Source of the DNA: an uncultured Saprospiraceae bacterium
Lineage (GTDB): Bacteria > Bacteroidota > Bacteroidia > Chitinophagales > Saprospiraceae
DNA length: 48,862 nucleotides
Direction: 5' to 3'
Assembly (NCBI GenBank): GCA_934699305.1
Contig: CAKUWM010000001.1
Span: 1 to 48,862 of the forward strand
Positions within the stretch are counted from its first letter, which is position 1, and each line of letters opens with the position of its first letter. Of this stretch, positions 38,526 through 48,553 are shown piece by piece. Both the position numbers and the translations under genes were made by a program. The notes under the pieces are model-generated. The model did no database searches and had not been told where the DNA came from. It saw nothing but the letters and a program-made list of their open reading frames with translations.

Positions 38526-40778
38526 CTACTGAATGAGTACTGCTTTGCCATAAATAGTTCTTTCTTTGCCCCTTGCTTCAACAATGTCCACTCTCACTGA
38601 ATAAACTCCCCTTTCCATTGTATCTCCTTTTCCGTTTTTACCATCCCAACGATCATTAAAGTTGTCTGTCGTAAAAACATTATTGCCCCACCGATCATAA
38701 ATTCTCATTTTATATTGTTTAATACCAAAAGGAACACCAATCGGACCATAAGAATCGTTTCCTGCGGACGAGCCGGGATATAATGCATTTGGTAAAAAAA
38801 GCGTGTATTTAGGGGCGACATCTACTCTGACAATCAACGAATCCACACACCCGTTTTCATGCGTCACAATCTGTAGCATCTGATACACGCCGGTATCAGG
38901 ATAGGTATAAATAGGATTGCGGTCCGAACTAAAATCACCGTTTCCGAAATCATAGAACCAGTAACTACCATATTTACTCGCATCGCTAAAGGTTAAGGTT
39001 GGCTCCAAGTTAGATGGAGATGCCGGCTGGAAAGTGAATCCTGCCACCGGAGATTGTTTTACTGTTATTGTATTATTAAACTCTTCTGAAGTGGCACAAC
39101 CAAAAACATTCGTTACTGTCACCTTGACTGAATAAACTCCGGGATCCTCATAGATATGCAATGGAGTCAATCCGGTACCACTTTCACCATCGCCAAATTC
39201 CCATTCAACCTTATATTGATCCGTAATAAAACTATTGGGTTTTTTAAAAATATAGGTAAAAGGTTCACAACCAACTACACTCCCCGGATCCACCAATTCA
39301 TCTCTTGGTATCGGAAAAAAAGGAACCCGCTTGGTAATGCTGTCCATACATTGATTCTGGTCGGTGACTATCACCATCATATCATAAAAATCCGGTTTCA
39401 GGACATCATAAGTCGCATCAAATGAAGTAGAAAACACAACATTATTGGCCTCCCACTGGCTGCTCGTGATAGGTCCGGCATCACTCACACTTTGGTTGGT
39501 AAATTGAATAGCTTTACCATAACACGTATCATAATCGAAAGTAAAGTCTGCCCTTATATCCGGAAATACATTAACCTTTATAGATGCAGAATCAGAACAA
39601 GGTTGACCCGGGTTTAAATACAATTTCCCCACATATAACCCCAAGTCGCTGGTATTCAACAAATAATCTTTAACTGCGCCTATCTGCTTGATGCCATTGT
39701 GGTTAAAAACCCAACTTATCTCAAAAATATCCTTGGTTACCTCACCGGCAAAAGAAACCTTCAACTCATCATCACCACATAGCTTGATATCCAGATTTTT
39801 TCCCTTCAAGCCGGCAGCTTCGATTTGCGCATCAACAGTCTTACTGCATGAGGTAACATTAAACTGAAAGTCCCGCCTTGTTTCTGACAATAGTATTCCA
39901 TTACGGTATTCTCTGATTCTAATTCCAACAACAAATTGGCCTGTTGTAGTCGGTGTTCCAGAAAGTCGACCTGTCACAGAGTTGATAACCAGAGGATTGG
40001 GTCCTCCCAATGGGTTAAGAATAGAAAAGGGATTGCGAAATGTAACTTCATCAAATGGCGGTGGACAATCCGGCTGAGGCGCTACAACAAGACAACCATT
40101 GACTCCGGTATCATCATTTCCGCCTCCTTCAAAGGGTGCGCATAGGCTATACACTAAAGAATCCCCATCTTTGTCAAATGCTGAATGGTCAAATTCAATG
40201 GGAAAGTTGGCACATATAGCTATTGGAGGAAAAAGGCTAAATTGAGGGCTTGAATTTTGATTGTTTTGCGCAGCAGGTGTAATCTCCACCATAAACGTTG
40301 CTCCCGTATCTCCCGGCCTAACAATATTAGATATCGTGTTGTTTCTACAGCACCTTTGATATACGATAAAATAACTCTGAGTACTTACCGGAAGAGATAA
40401 CGTTGTTGTGTAAACTCCTTCTTCTACACATACATCCTTCGGCACTACTAAACATTTATTCGTAACGTCAGCGCTTATTTTCCCTACTATCGGAACACCA
40501 AAATCAAACTCCCTTAAAGGACTTTTACTGTTTCCTAAATAAATAGTACCCAAAGCTCCTATTTCATTTAATAAGCCATCAAAATTTGCCTTATTCGCCT
40601 CCGGCTTACAGTCCCGATACATTTTCATAATAATACGGTAGGTGTTGGTGTTGCCTTGATTGCCTACAAACTCATAATACATCACACCACCAATAATGTG
40701 CTTCCCTTCCACATTAAAAGCAAAGCATAATAACAATAGAACAATGAAGTTGATGTATTTTGTCGGTTTACTATTCAC
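38526..40778 (-). CDS. Surface protein with PKD domains and a T9SS type B (gliding motility-associated, CHU_C-type) C-terminal domain
   Basis: The N-terminal HIIGGVMYYEF motif follows the signal peptide. PKD-like blocks are WEFGDGESGTGLTPLHIYEDPGVYSVKVTVTNVFGC and YDFGNGDFSSDRNPIYTYPDTGVYQMLQIVTHENGC. The C-terminus is LFLPNALYPG...YDRWGNNVFTT...RWDGKNGKGDTMERGVYSVRV. The start is a GTG. Confidence 0.85.
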   Translation of the reverse strand: MNSKPTKYINFIVLLLLCFAFNVEGKHIIGGVMYYEFVGNQGNTNTYRIIMKMYRDCKPEANKANFDGLLNEIGALGTIYLGNSKSPLREFDFGVPIVGKISADVTNKCLVVPKDVCVEEGVYTTTLSLPVSTQSYFIVYQRCCRNNTISNIVRPGDTGATFMVEITPAAQNNQNSSPQFSLFPPIAICANFPIEFDHSAFDKDGDSLVYSLCAPFEGGGNDDTGVNGCLVVAPQPDCPPPFDEVTFRNPFSILNPLGGPNPLVINSVTGRLSGTPTTTGQFVVGIRIREYRNGILLSETRRDFQFNVTSCSKTVDAQIEAAGLKGKNLDIKLCGDDELKVSFAGEVTKDIFEISWVFNHNGIKQIGAVKDYLLNTSDLGLYVGKLYLNPGQPCSDSASIKVNVFPDIRADFTFDYDTCYGKAIQFTNQSVSDAGPITSSQWEANNVVFSTSFDATYDVLKPDFYDMMVIVTDQNQCMDSITKRVPFFPIPRDELVDPGSVVGCEPFTYIFKKPNSFITDQYKVEWEFGDGESGTGLTPLHIYEDPGVYSVKVTVTNVFGCATSEEFNNTITVKQSPVAGFTFQPASPSNLEPTLTFSDASKYGSYWFYDFGNGDFSSDRNPIYTYPDTGVYQMLQIVTHENGCVDSLIVRVDVAPKYTLFLPNALYPGSSAGNDSYGPIGVPFGIKQYKMRIYDRWGNNVFTTDNFNDRWDGKNGKGDTMERGVYSVRVDIVEARGKERTIYGKAVLIQ

Positions 40779-40817
40779 GTTACCTTAAATTATTATTGGA
40801 ATCAACTAACAAAGCGT

Positions 40818-40825
40818 CAAAAATA
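40818..40825 (-). promoter_or_regulatory. Putative -7 promoter box (TAnnTTTG) for the type B T9SS cargo gene
   Basis: The minus strand reads TATTTTTG, 40 nt upstream of the GTG at 40778. This is a motif match only. Confidence 0.3.
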
Positions 40826-41169
40826 TATAAAATTCTCAAATTATTGATTTGTAATCATATCCTAAAGGCTAACGCTTTAAACCAATGACTTGTTTTATTC
40901 AAACTTTAGCCTGCCGATTCAATGGATTTAACCCAAATAAAATCCACAATAAATCCTATTATAATTTTGAATTAATCAACTTATTTCTTCATTTAATTGG
41001 CAAAAAATAATTATTTTCAAAATATATTTGGCTTTTTAGCAAAATAATAAAATGTTTGTCTATATTTAAAGGTATTTAATCGTTTTCACCTTTTACAGAA
41101 ACAATTGGTTAAGTATGGCGACATGCACTCATAATCAGACTACTATAAACTAAAGCCAACACATATATC

Positions 41170-42306
41170 ATGGAAATAGCTGTTTTAAAAGAATCAAAAC
41201 CGGGAGAAAACCGGGTCGCTCTTACTCCTGACGTGGTAAAAACACTGGTAAAAAAAGGCTACCGAATTTCTATAGAATCAGGTGCCGGTGATGGCTCATA
41301 TTTTTCAGATATAGATTATACGTCGGCAGGAGCGGAGATAAAAGTCGGAAAACAGACAGCGTGCAAAGCCGATGTTATTTTAAAAATCAATGCGCCCACT
41401 CACGAGGAAGTAAGCTATATGAATGAAAAATGTTGTGTAATATCGCTTCTGTATGGCTATACACAACCGGATTTGTTAGATGCATTCAACCACAAGTCCA
41501 TAACGGCTTTTGGCATGGATGCTATACCCAGAATATCTCGTGCTCAAAAAATGGATGCCCTTAGTTCACAAGCCAATTTAGCCGGCTACAAAGCAGTAAT
41601 TGTGGGGAGCAATGCCATGAGTAAAATCTTTCCACTCCTCATGACGGCTGCCGGAACTATTACTCCGGCTAAGGTTTTAATCTTTGGCGCCGGTGTTGCC
41701 GGATTGCAAGCGGTAGCCACTGCTAGAAGATTGGGCGCGGTAGTGGAAGTGACGGATGTGAGGGCTGAAACAAAAGAGCAGGTTGAATCTCTCGGTGGCA
41801 AATTCCTATCCGTAGAATCCACTGCCACCAACATTACATCAGGTGGTTATGCCGTAGATGTTTCATCCGAATTTCTACAAAAACAAAAACAGTTAATCGA
41901 AAGCAGAATCAAAGAGGCCGACTTAGTCATCACCACTGCACTTATAATTGGTAAAAAATCTCCTTTGCTCATCCCTAAAGAAATGGTCGAAACAATGAAA
42001 AAAGGAGCCGTCATCGTAGATATGGCAGTAGAATGGGGCGGCAACTGTGAGTTATCTGTGGCAAATCAAACAAAAGTCCATCAAGGTATAACCATTATCG
42101 GAGAACCAAATCTACCATCTCTCCTGCCGACGAATGCCAGTCAACTCTATGCCGTCAATATCAGTACTTTATTACAGCACATTTCAACTCCTGAGCAATT
42201 AAACATTGACAGGGAGGAAGAAATTACCAATGGCTGCCTAATAACACACAATGGCAACACTGTACACGCATTCACCAATCAGATCCTCAATAAAAACCAA
42301 GAATAA
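41170..42306 (+). CDS. pntAA: NAD(P) transhydrogenase alpha subunit, part 1 (soluble dI domain)
   Basis: The AlaDH/PNT fold N-terminus is IAVLKESKPGENRVALTP. The nucleotide-binding loop is VLIFGAGVAGLQAVATARRLGA, and QANLAGYKAV is present. Confidence 0.9.
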   Translation: MEIAVLKESKPGENRVALTPDVVKTLVKKGYRISIESGAGDGSYFSDIDYTSAGAEIKVGKQTACKADVILKINAPTHEEVSYMNEKCCVISLLYGYTQPDLLDAFNHKSITAFGMDAIPRISRAQKMDALSSQANLAGYKAVIVGSNAMSKIFPLLMTAAGTITPAKVLIFGAGVAGLQAVATARRLGAVVEVTDVRAETKEQVESLGGKFLSVESTATNITSGGYAVDVSSEFLQKQKQLIESRIKEADLVITTALIIGKKSPLLIPKEMVETMKKGAVIVDMAVEWGGNCELSVANQTKVHQGITIIGEPNLPSLLPTNASQLYAVNISTLLQHISTPEQLNIDREEEITNGCLITHNGNTVHAFTNQILNKNQE

Positions 42307-42316
42307 AATCATTATC

Positions 42317-42604
42317 ATGGATATCAATACACTAATTCCACTACTTTATATACTGGCGCTGGGCACTTTTCTCGGCTTTGAACTAATATCCAAAGTACCG
42401 CCCACCCTACACACACCATTAATGTCCGCCTCCAATGCTATTTCAGGTATAACTATTGTCGGTGCCATCATAGCGTGTAACGAAATGGGATATACTACCT
42501 TGAGCAAATGGCTTGGCATGGGAGCTCTTATCCTTGCCACCATCAATGTGGTAGGTGGATATGCTGTTTCTGACCGGATGTTAAAAATGTTTAAAAAGAA
42601 ATAA
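42317..42604 (+). CDS. pntAB: NAD(P) transhydrogenase alpha subunit, part 2 (small membrane dII piece)
   Basis: About 95 aa with three helices. Motifs are HTPLMSASNAISGITIVGA and NVVGGYAVSDRML. I place the start at MDINTL (42317) rather than the overlapping track start at 42251. Confidence 0.85.
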   Translation: MDINTLIPLLYILALGTFLGFELISKVPPTLHTPLMSASNAISGITIVGAIIACNEMGYTTLSKWLGMGALILATINVVGGYAVSDRMLKMFKKK

Positions 42605-42619
42605 ACACCAGAGATAATC

Positions 42620-44005
42620 ATGAATATTTACCTACATATTCTTTATTTATTGGCTTCTATCTTATTTATAGTCGGCATAAAGATGCTAAATAAGACCAAA
42701 AGCGCCAGACAAGGCAATCTAATTTCTTCCATTGGGATGTTGCTTGCTATCGCGGCGACTGTATTGCAGGTTGAGACTGTCTCATTTATCGACATTTTCG
42801 TCTGCATTTTAATTGGGTCAGCAATAGGGTTGATTATAGCTTATCGGATTCAGATGACTCAAATGCCGGAAATGGTGGCTGTATTCAATGGTTTCGGAGG
42901 TTTGGCATCACTTGGTGTGAGCTTATCGGACTATTGGTTACACAATCAGATTATGGCCATCGACATGAGCAACATTACTGTTATATCGATTATTCTGAGT
43001 ATTTTTATCGGTGGTATTACCTTCACGGGCTCGATGGTAGCATTTTTAAAACTCAATGGCTCCATATCCGGTAGAGCCATCGTTTTCAAGGGTCAGCATG
43101 GTTTTAACTTAGTATTATTGATTGTTGCCGTTCTCCTCTCAGTGTTAATCGTAGTCTATCTTTCCCAATCGGAGTATATACTTTTATTGGTTTTACTATC
43201 CCTTTTGCTTGGTATCCTTGTAGTGATACCCATTGGCGGTGCCGATATGCCGGTCGTCATCTCATTACTCAATTCTTATTCAGGTATGGCGGCGTGCGCC
43301 ACAGGCTTTGTTTTGGGCAATTATGTACTAATCATTGCGGGTGCACTCGTAGGTTCATCCGGAATTGTTTTGACAGAAATCATGTGTAAAGCGATGAACA
43401 GGTCTTTGATGAGTGTATTATTAGGAGGCTTTGGTCAGGTTAGCTCATCTGTACAATTAGAGTCAAAAGATATATTGGTTAAAGAAGTTGGTATTGAAGA
43501 AGCGGCGCAGATTTTTGATTCCGTATCATCATTGATAATCGTACCCGGTTATGGTATGGCTGTAGCCCAAGCCCAACATGCCATTCGGGAATTATATGAA
43601 ATATGTGAAAAAAAAGGAGTATTGGTGCGCTTTGCCATCCACCCTGTTGCAGGAAGGATGCCCGGACACATGAATGTTTTATTAGCGGAGGCCAATATTC
43701 CTTATGACAAATTGGTAGAGATGGAAGTCATCAATGATGACTTTGCCAATACCGACCTGGTCTTTGTGGTCGGGGCCAATGATGTAGTCAATCCCGCTGC
43801 CAAAAACACACCCGAAAGTCCTATTTACGGCATGCCGGTATTAAATGTCGATCAGGCACGAACCGTCATTGTGTCTAAGCGAAGTATGAATCCCGGTTAC
43901 GCCGGAATCGAAAATGAATTGTTCGGCGCTCAAAACTGCTTGATGCTTTTTGGCGATGCCAAGCAAACAATTACAAAGTTAACGATTGAACTAAAAGAAA
44001 TCTAA
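42620..44005 (+). CDS. pntB: NAD(P) transhydrogenase beta subunit
   Basis: A multi-helix N-terminal half is followed by the dIII domain motifs PGYGMAVAQAQH, HPVAGRMPGHMNVLLAEA and GANDVVNPAA. Confidence 0.92.
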   Translation: MNIYLHILYLLASILFIVGIKMLNKTKSARQGNLISSIGMLLAIAATVLQVETVSFIDIFVCILIGSAIGLIIAYRIQMTQMPEMVAVFNGFGGLASLGVSLSDYWLHNQIMAIDMSNITVISIILSIFIGGITFTGSMVAFLKLNGSISGRAIVFKGQHGFNLVLLIVAVLLSVLIVVYLSQSEYILLLVLLSLLLGILVVIPIGGADMPVVISLLNSYSGMAACATGFVLGNYVLIIAGALVGSSGIVLTEIMCKAMNRSLMSVLLGGFGQVSSSVQLESKDILVKEVGIEEAAQIFDSVSSLIIVPGYGMAVAQAQHAIRELYEICEKKGVLVRFAIHPVAGRMPGHMNVLLAEANIPYDKLVEMEVINDDFANTDLVFVVGANDVVNPAAKNTPESPIYGMPVLNVDQARTVIVSKRSMNPGYAGIENELFGAQNCLMLFGDAKQTITKLTIELKEI

Positions 44006-44035
44006 ACAGAAGAGAAGAAAGCAGCAATATTTTGA

Positions 44036-45373
44036 TTACTTTCTAAAACGTCCCATTCCGGGCATGCCCATATTCCCCATCTTGCCGGTGGACATATTGT
44101 GCATCATGTTTTTCATCTGGTCAAACTGCTTGATAAACATGTTGATTTCGTGAATATCTTTACCTGCCCCTTTAGCGATGCGCCTTTTTCGGCCCGGATT
44201 GAGTATTTCCGGGTTGGCTCTTTCCTGCGGAGTCATGCTTTGAATGATGCATTCTACCTTACCAAAAGCCTTTTCATCGATATCCAAATTGGCCGTCATC
44301 TTACTCATTCCCGGAATCATATTGATAAGAGACTTGAGATCGCCCATCTTCTTAATCTGGTTAATTTGAGAAAGAAAGTCATTAAAGTCAAACTTATTTT
44401 TCTTGATTTTCTTTTCAATACGCGCTGCCTCCGCCTCATCGAAATCCTGCTGTGCACGCTCTACGAAAGAAACAATGTCACCCATTCCCAGGATACGCTG
44501 TGCCATTCTATCCGGGTAGAATACGTCCAAAGCATCCATCTTTTCTCCTGTCGAGATAAACTTAATAGGCTTCCCGACGGTATATTTGATAGAAAGTGCA
44601 GCTCCTCCGCGTGTATCACCATCTAACTTGGTAAGGACGACACCATCGAAGTTTAGTCTATCATTAAATGCTTTTGCTGTATTGACGGCATCCTGACCGG
44701 TCATAGAGTCCACAACAAAGAGAGTCTCTGCCGGATTAATCGCTTTCTTTATGGCTTCGATTTCCTTCATCATCTCCTCATCAACAGCCAAACGGCCGGC
44801 GGTATCAATGATTACGACGTCGAGTCCTTTCTCACGTGCATATTGAATGGCGTGATTGGCTATTTCAACGGGGTTTTTATTTTCCGGTTCCTTGTAAATT
44901 TCGACACCTACTTGTTCGCTCAATACGGTTAGCTGATCGATGGCGGCAGGTCGATATACGTCTGCAGCTGTCAGCAAGACCTTCTTGCTTCGTTTTGACT
45001 TTAAGTGAAGGGCGAGTTTTCCGGAAAACGTTGTCTTTCCCGAACCTTGAAGCCCTGAAATGAGGATTACAGCAGGATTGCCAGTCAACGAAATACCTTC
45101 TGAAGCTCCTCCCATCAGCTCTATGAGCTCATCCATGACGATCTTTACCATGAGTTCGCCCGGCTTAACAGCTTTCAAGACATTTTTCTCACCCATAGCC
45201 TCATCTTTCACCTTATCGGTAAATTCTTTGGCAATTTTATAGTTGACGTCAGCTGAAACTAAAGCTCGCCGTATTTCCTTGATAGATGTTGCAACATTGA
45301 GTTCGGTCAGCTTACCTTCACCTTTCAAAGATTTAAAGGCGCCTTCTAATTTTTCATTCAGACTTTCAAACAT
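44036..45373 (-). CDS. ffh: Signal recognition particle protein Ffh
   Basis: The N-terminus is MFESLNEKLEGAFKSLKG. GTPase motifs are GLQGSGKTT, DTAGR and TKLDGD. The Met-rich C-terminal M domain reads MKNMMHNMSTGKMGNMGMPGM. Confidence 0.95.
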   Translation of the reverse strand: MFESLNEKLEGAFKSLKGEGKLTELNVATSIKEIRRALVSADVNYKIAKEFTDKVKDEAMGEKNVLKAVKPGELMVKIVMDELIELMGGASEGISLTGNPAVILISGLQGSGKTTFSGKLALHLKSKRSKKVLLTAADVYRPAAIDQLTVLSEQVGVEIYKEPENKNPVEIANHAIQYAREKGLDVVIIDTAGRLAVDEEMMKEIEAIKKAINPAETLFVVDSMTGQDAVNTAKAFNDRLNFDGVVLTKLDGDTRGGAALSIKYTVGKPIKFISTGEKMDALDVFYPDRMAQRILGMGDIVSFVERAQQDFDEAEAARIEKKIKKNKFDFNDFLSQINQIKKMGDLKSLINMIPGMSKMTANLDIDEKAFGKVECIIQSMTPQERANPEILNPGRKRRIAKGAGKDIHEINMFIKQFDQMKNMMHNMSTGKMGNMGMPGMGRFRK

Positions 45374-45396
45374 GTTGTGCTTTTAATTTTGAGGTG

Positions 45397-45404
45397 CAAA
45401 TATA
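45397..45404 (-). promoter_or_regulatory. Putative -7 promoter box (TAnnTTTG) for ffh
   Basis: The minus strand reads TATATTTG, 24 nt upstream of the ffh ATG. This is a motif match only. Confidence 0.3.
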
Positions 45405-45531
45405 GTAATTTCTATTCGTCCATAATGCTCAATGATTTCAAAAATCCTAATCCCTTCCCATTCTTCAGATAGCAAATTGTTGCATTAGAACTAAAAATCT
45501 ATCCACATGAAGTCCATAAAAACGATGATAA

Positions 45532-45867
45532 CTAGTCAAACAAGCTTTTTTTCGAACTGTTTTTCCAACCTGCCTGACTTTCATAGTCCACATAATATAT
45601 TTTTAAATCTGCCTGACTTTCATATTGAACGAAGTAAATATCTTTTTCTGCTTGATTTGAATACTTTGTAAAGAACCACTTGCCATTGTTTTTGCCGGCT
45701 TGACTCTCATACTTAACCTTATACACCTTCAGATCTGCCTGACTTTCATACTTTACTTCAAAAACCTTTACATCTGCCTGGCTTTCATAATCGACGGAAT
45801 ACACTTTCTGCGCATGAAGTGATATAAAGAAAAAGGAAAACAAATAAAAAAATAATGTCTTTTTCAT
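45532..45867 (-). CDS. Small secreted protein made of YESQA(D/G) beta-hairpin-like repeats, function unknown
   Basis: The signal peptide is MKKTLFFYLFSFFFISLHAQ. Six repeats with a 13-15 aa period follow: DYESQADVKVFEV, KYESQADLKVYKV, KYESQAG..., KYSNQAE..., QYESQADLKIYYV and DYESQAG. The DNA carries matching copies of CTGCCTGACTTTCATA. Confidence 0.7.
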   Translation of the reverse strand: MKKTLFFYLFSFFFISLHAQKVYSVDYESQADVKVFEVKYESQADLKVYKVKYESQAGKNNGKWFFTKYSNQAEKDIYFVQYESQADLKIYYVDYESQAGWKNSSKKSLFD

Positions 45868-45915
45868 TTTGTAACAACCATCAATATTTAAACTTTTGAA
45901 CTATTTGATGCGCAT

Positions 45916-46353
45916 TTATTGCTTATCCACTAAATTCCTTTTTACAAACCACTCTACCGCCAGCCGATATCCATCCAAGCCCAGTCCACTTATGACGCCC
46001 ACACACTTAGAAGTTAAAAATGAATCGTGTCGAATACTTTCTCGCGCTGCCAGATTAGAAATATGTACCTCTATCACATCCGCATCTACAGCTGCCACGG
46101 CGTCAGCTATAGCAAGGGAGGTATGGGTATAGGCGCCGGCATTGAGAATTATTCCATCGACGACAAAGCCGACTTCTTGAATATCATTCACCAATTCTCC
46201 TTCAACATTGGACTGAAAGGTTACAATATCTATATCCGGATAAGCTTCTGCCAATGTATCCAAAAAATGATCCATCGTCATACCACCATAGATATGTTTT
46301 TCCCGTATGCCGACCAGGTTGAGATTGGGACCATTGATGATAGCTAAACGCAT
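45916..46353 (-). CDS. aroQ: Type II 3-dehydroquinate dehydratase
   Basis: Motifs are MRLAIINGPNLNLVGIREKHIYGG, QSNVEGELV, ILNAGAYTHTSLAI and EVHISN. I place the start at 46353, 1 nt after the recQ stop; the track start at 46383 overlaps recQ. Confidence 0.9.
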   Translation of the reverse strand: MRLAIINGPNLNLVGIREKHIYGGMTMDHFLDTLAEAYPDIDIVTFQSNVEGELVNDIQEVGFVVDGIILNAGAYTHTSLAIADAVAAVDADVIEVHISNLAARESIRHDSFLTSKCVGVISGLGLDGYRLAVEWFVKRNLVDKQ

Positions 46354-46354
46354 A

Positions 46355-48553
46355 TCAATTGGCCATTTCAGAAAGGAACACAATACGCATCAATTCAATT
46401 TCCTCCCAAGTTATATCCAATTCTTTTAGTTTTTTGGATGCTTCCTCAAGGTTATCCGTTTCACTATTCATAAAATAATCAAATATGTCTTCTTTGACAT
46501 ATTCGTCTATGAGGTCTTCGGTATAATAGTTGAGGTCAAGCTTTGTCCCAGAAGTTACGATGCCGTATAGTTCTTGATAAAATTCATCCCGATCCATGTT
46601 GTTGGCGCGAGCGATATCTTCCAAAGGTATTTTTTTGTCGATACTTTGAATAATATTGACTTTTGCTTTGGACTTATTGGCCACTTGTTTGACCAGAAAG
46701 TCCATAGGACGTTCTATTTCGTTATCTTCGACATACTGAGCAATAACCTTTATGAAGGGTTGTCCATATCTTTCTGCTTTGCCCCTGCTCACTCCGGTTA
46801 TTCCCGACATATCTTCCATTGATACCGGATATTGTGTAGCCATATCTTCTATGGATGGGTCGGTAAATATAACAAATGGAGGCACATTGTGTTTTTTGGC
46901 CTCTACTTTGCGCACGTCCTGAAGGAGTCTGACAAGATTCTCATCCAATGCCGCTGTCCCCCCCTTATCGTCTTCATCCGGTGTGGTATCTTCCGGAAAT
47001 ATCTGATTCAATGGAATCTTGATGGTTTCCGGATTTTTCATAAAGGCATGCCCTTGGTCTGATAATTTGATTAGCCCATAATTTTCGATGTCTTTGTAAA
47101 CTAAGTTCCTCAACAACGCTTGTCTAAAAATGGAATTCCAGAAATTCTCATCAAAGTCTTTACCACTACCGAAAGAATCAAAATCAGTAAACTTAAACAA
47201 CTTCAACTGCTGTGTTTCTTTGCCAACCAAAAAGTCCACTAATGTCTTGATGTGATAGCCTTCATTGAGCTCGACTGTCACTTCCAGAGCCAGAGCCATC
47301 TCCTCAGTTACATCTTTCAATTCCTTTGGATTACGGCAGTTGTCACACATCTTATGACAATCTTTATCATCAAACTCTTCTCCAAAATAGTGGAGTAGAA
47401 ATTGTCTTCTACAAGCCGAACTCTCTGCATAAGCCTCCACTTCCTGCAACAACAACGCCCCCATTTCTCTTTCTGCCACAGGTTTATCGCGTAAAAACTT
47501 CTCAAGTTTTGTCAAGTCTTTGATGGAGAAATAGGCAATACAATTGCCATCCAGGCCATCTCTGCCCGCTCTACCGGTCTCTTGATAATAGTTTTCAATA
47601 CTCTTAGGTATATCATAATGTATAACAAATCGTACATCAGGCTTGTCAATCCCCATTCCAAAGGCAATCGTAGCACATATTACCTGAACATTTTCCATGA
47701 GGAAGTCGTCTTGAGTGCGGGCACGGGACTTAGCGTCTAATCCGGCATGATATGGTGCTGCTTTAATGCCATTGACATTGAGTATTTCTGCCAGGTCTTC
47801 TGTCGTCTTTCTATTCTGAACATAGATAATGCCGGATATTTTTTTCTGTGTCTTGATAAATTGAAGCATACTCTTGATAGTCTGCTCTTTAGACACTTTA
47901 GGTCTAATTTCATAGAATAGATTATCCCTGTTAAAAGAAGACATAAATGTGTTTTCGTGATCCATGTCAAGGATTTTGACAATGTCCGATCTAACTTTAG
48001 GGGTTGCTGTTGCCGTCAAGGCGATCACCGGAATATGGTGTCCTATGGCGTCTATCATCGTCCGTATTCGTCGGTATTCCGGTCTGAAGTCATGTCCCCA
48101 TTCAGAAATACAGTGCGCTTCATCTACGGCGACGAATGAAATATTGGAATTGTGAAAATAGTCTAAGTTCTCCTCTTTGGTAAGCGTCTCCGGTGCGATA
48201 TATAACAGCTTGGTCTTGCCATCATCAATATCTTGTTTGACTTGCCTTATCTGACCTTTATTAAGAGAACTATTGAGAAAGTGAGCTATATTATCCTGAC
48301 TACTATAACCTCTGATACTATCAACCTGATTTTTCATCAGAGCAATAAGTGGTGAAATGACAATAGCCGTGCCCTCCATCAATAGTGCCGGAAGTTGATA
48401 ACATAGAGACTTACCTCCGCCAGTGGGCATAAGAACAAAGGTATCATTGCCTGCCATTAAACTTTCAATGATTTTTTTCTGCTGACCCTTAAACTTGTTA
48501 AAGCCAAAGTATTCTTGCAATGCAGAAGTTAAATGATCCTCTTTAACGTCCAT
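46355..48553 (-). CDS. recQ: ATP-dependent DNA helicase RecQ (helicase core, RQC and HRDC regions)
   Basis: Motifs are FGFNKFKGQQKKIIES, MPTGGGKSLCYQLPA, VAVDEAHCISEWGHDFRPEY, LTATAT and QETGRAGRDG. A Zn-binding Cys cluster reads CRRQFLLHYFGE...CDNC. The C-terminal HRDC-like region reads PPFVIFTDPSIEDMA. Confidence 0.95.
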   Translation of the reverse strand: MDVKEDHLTSALQEYFGFNKFKGQQKKIIESLMAGNDTFVLMPTGGGKSLCYQLPALLMEGTAIVISPLIALMKNQVDSIRGYSSQDNIAHFLNSSLNKGQIRQVKQDIDDGKTKLLYIAPETLTKEENLDYFHNSNISFVAVDEAHCISEWGHDFRPEYRRIRTMIDAIGHHIPVIALTATATPKVRSDIVKILDMDHENTFMSSFNRDNLFYEIRPKVSKEQTIKSMLQFIKTQKKISGIIYVQNRKTTEDLAEILNVNGIKAAPYHAGLDAKSRARTQDDFLMENVQVICATIAFGMGIDKPDVRFVIHYDIPKSIENYYQETGRAGRDGLDGNCIAYFSIKDLTKLEKFLRDKPVAEREMGALLLQEVEAYAESSACRRQFLLHYFGEEFDDKDCHKMCDNCRNPKELKDVTEEMALALEVTVELNEGYHIKTLVDFLVGKETQQLKLFKFTDFDSFGSGKDFDENFWNSIFRQALLRNLVYKDIENYGLIKLSDQGHAFMKNPETIKIPLNQIFPEDTTPDEDDKGGTAALDENLVRLLQDVRKVEAKKHNVPPFVIFTDPSIEDMATQYPVSMEDMSGITGVSRGKAERYGQPFIKVIAQYVEDNEIERPMDFLVKQVANKSKAKVNIIQSIDKKIPLEDIARANNMDRDEFYQELYGIVTSGTKLDLNYYTEDLIDEYVKEDIFDYFMNSETDNLEEASKKLKELDITWEEIELMRIVFLSEMAN

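Noticed and set aside
6893-44005. An NAD theme (ACMSD, NrtR-like regulator, nadD, pntAA/AB/B, long GAPDH) as a possible single NAD-homeostasis system.
   Set aside because: The genes are scattered over 37 kb, on both strands, and separated by unrelated housekeeping genes. There is no operon structure. The association is most simply coincidental.
44099-44626. A 175-aa plus-strand ORF antisense to ffh. Similar antisense ORFs include 18344-18631, 19478-19768, 33308-33722 and 46027-46347.
   Set aside because: It is codon-aligned with ffh on the opposite strand (the offset from the ffh stop is a multiple of 3). It stays open only because ffh lacks TTA, CTA and TCA codons there. The product has no motifs and a low-complexity composition.
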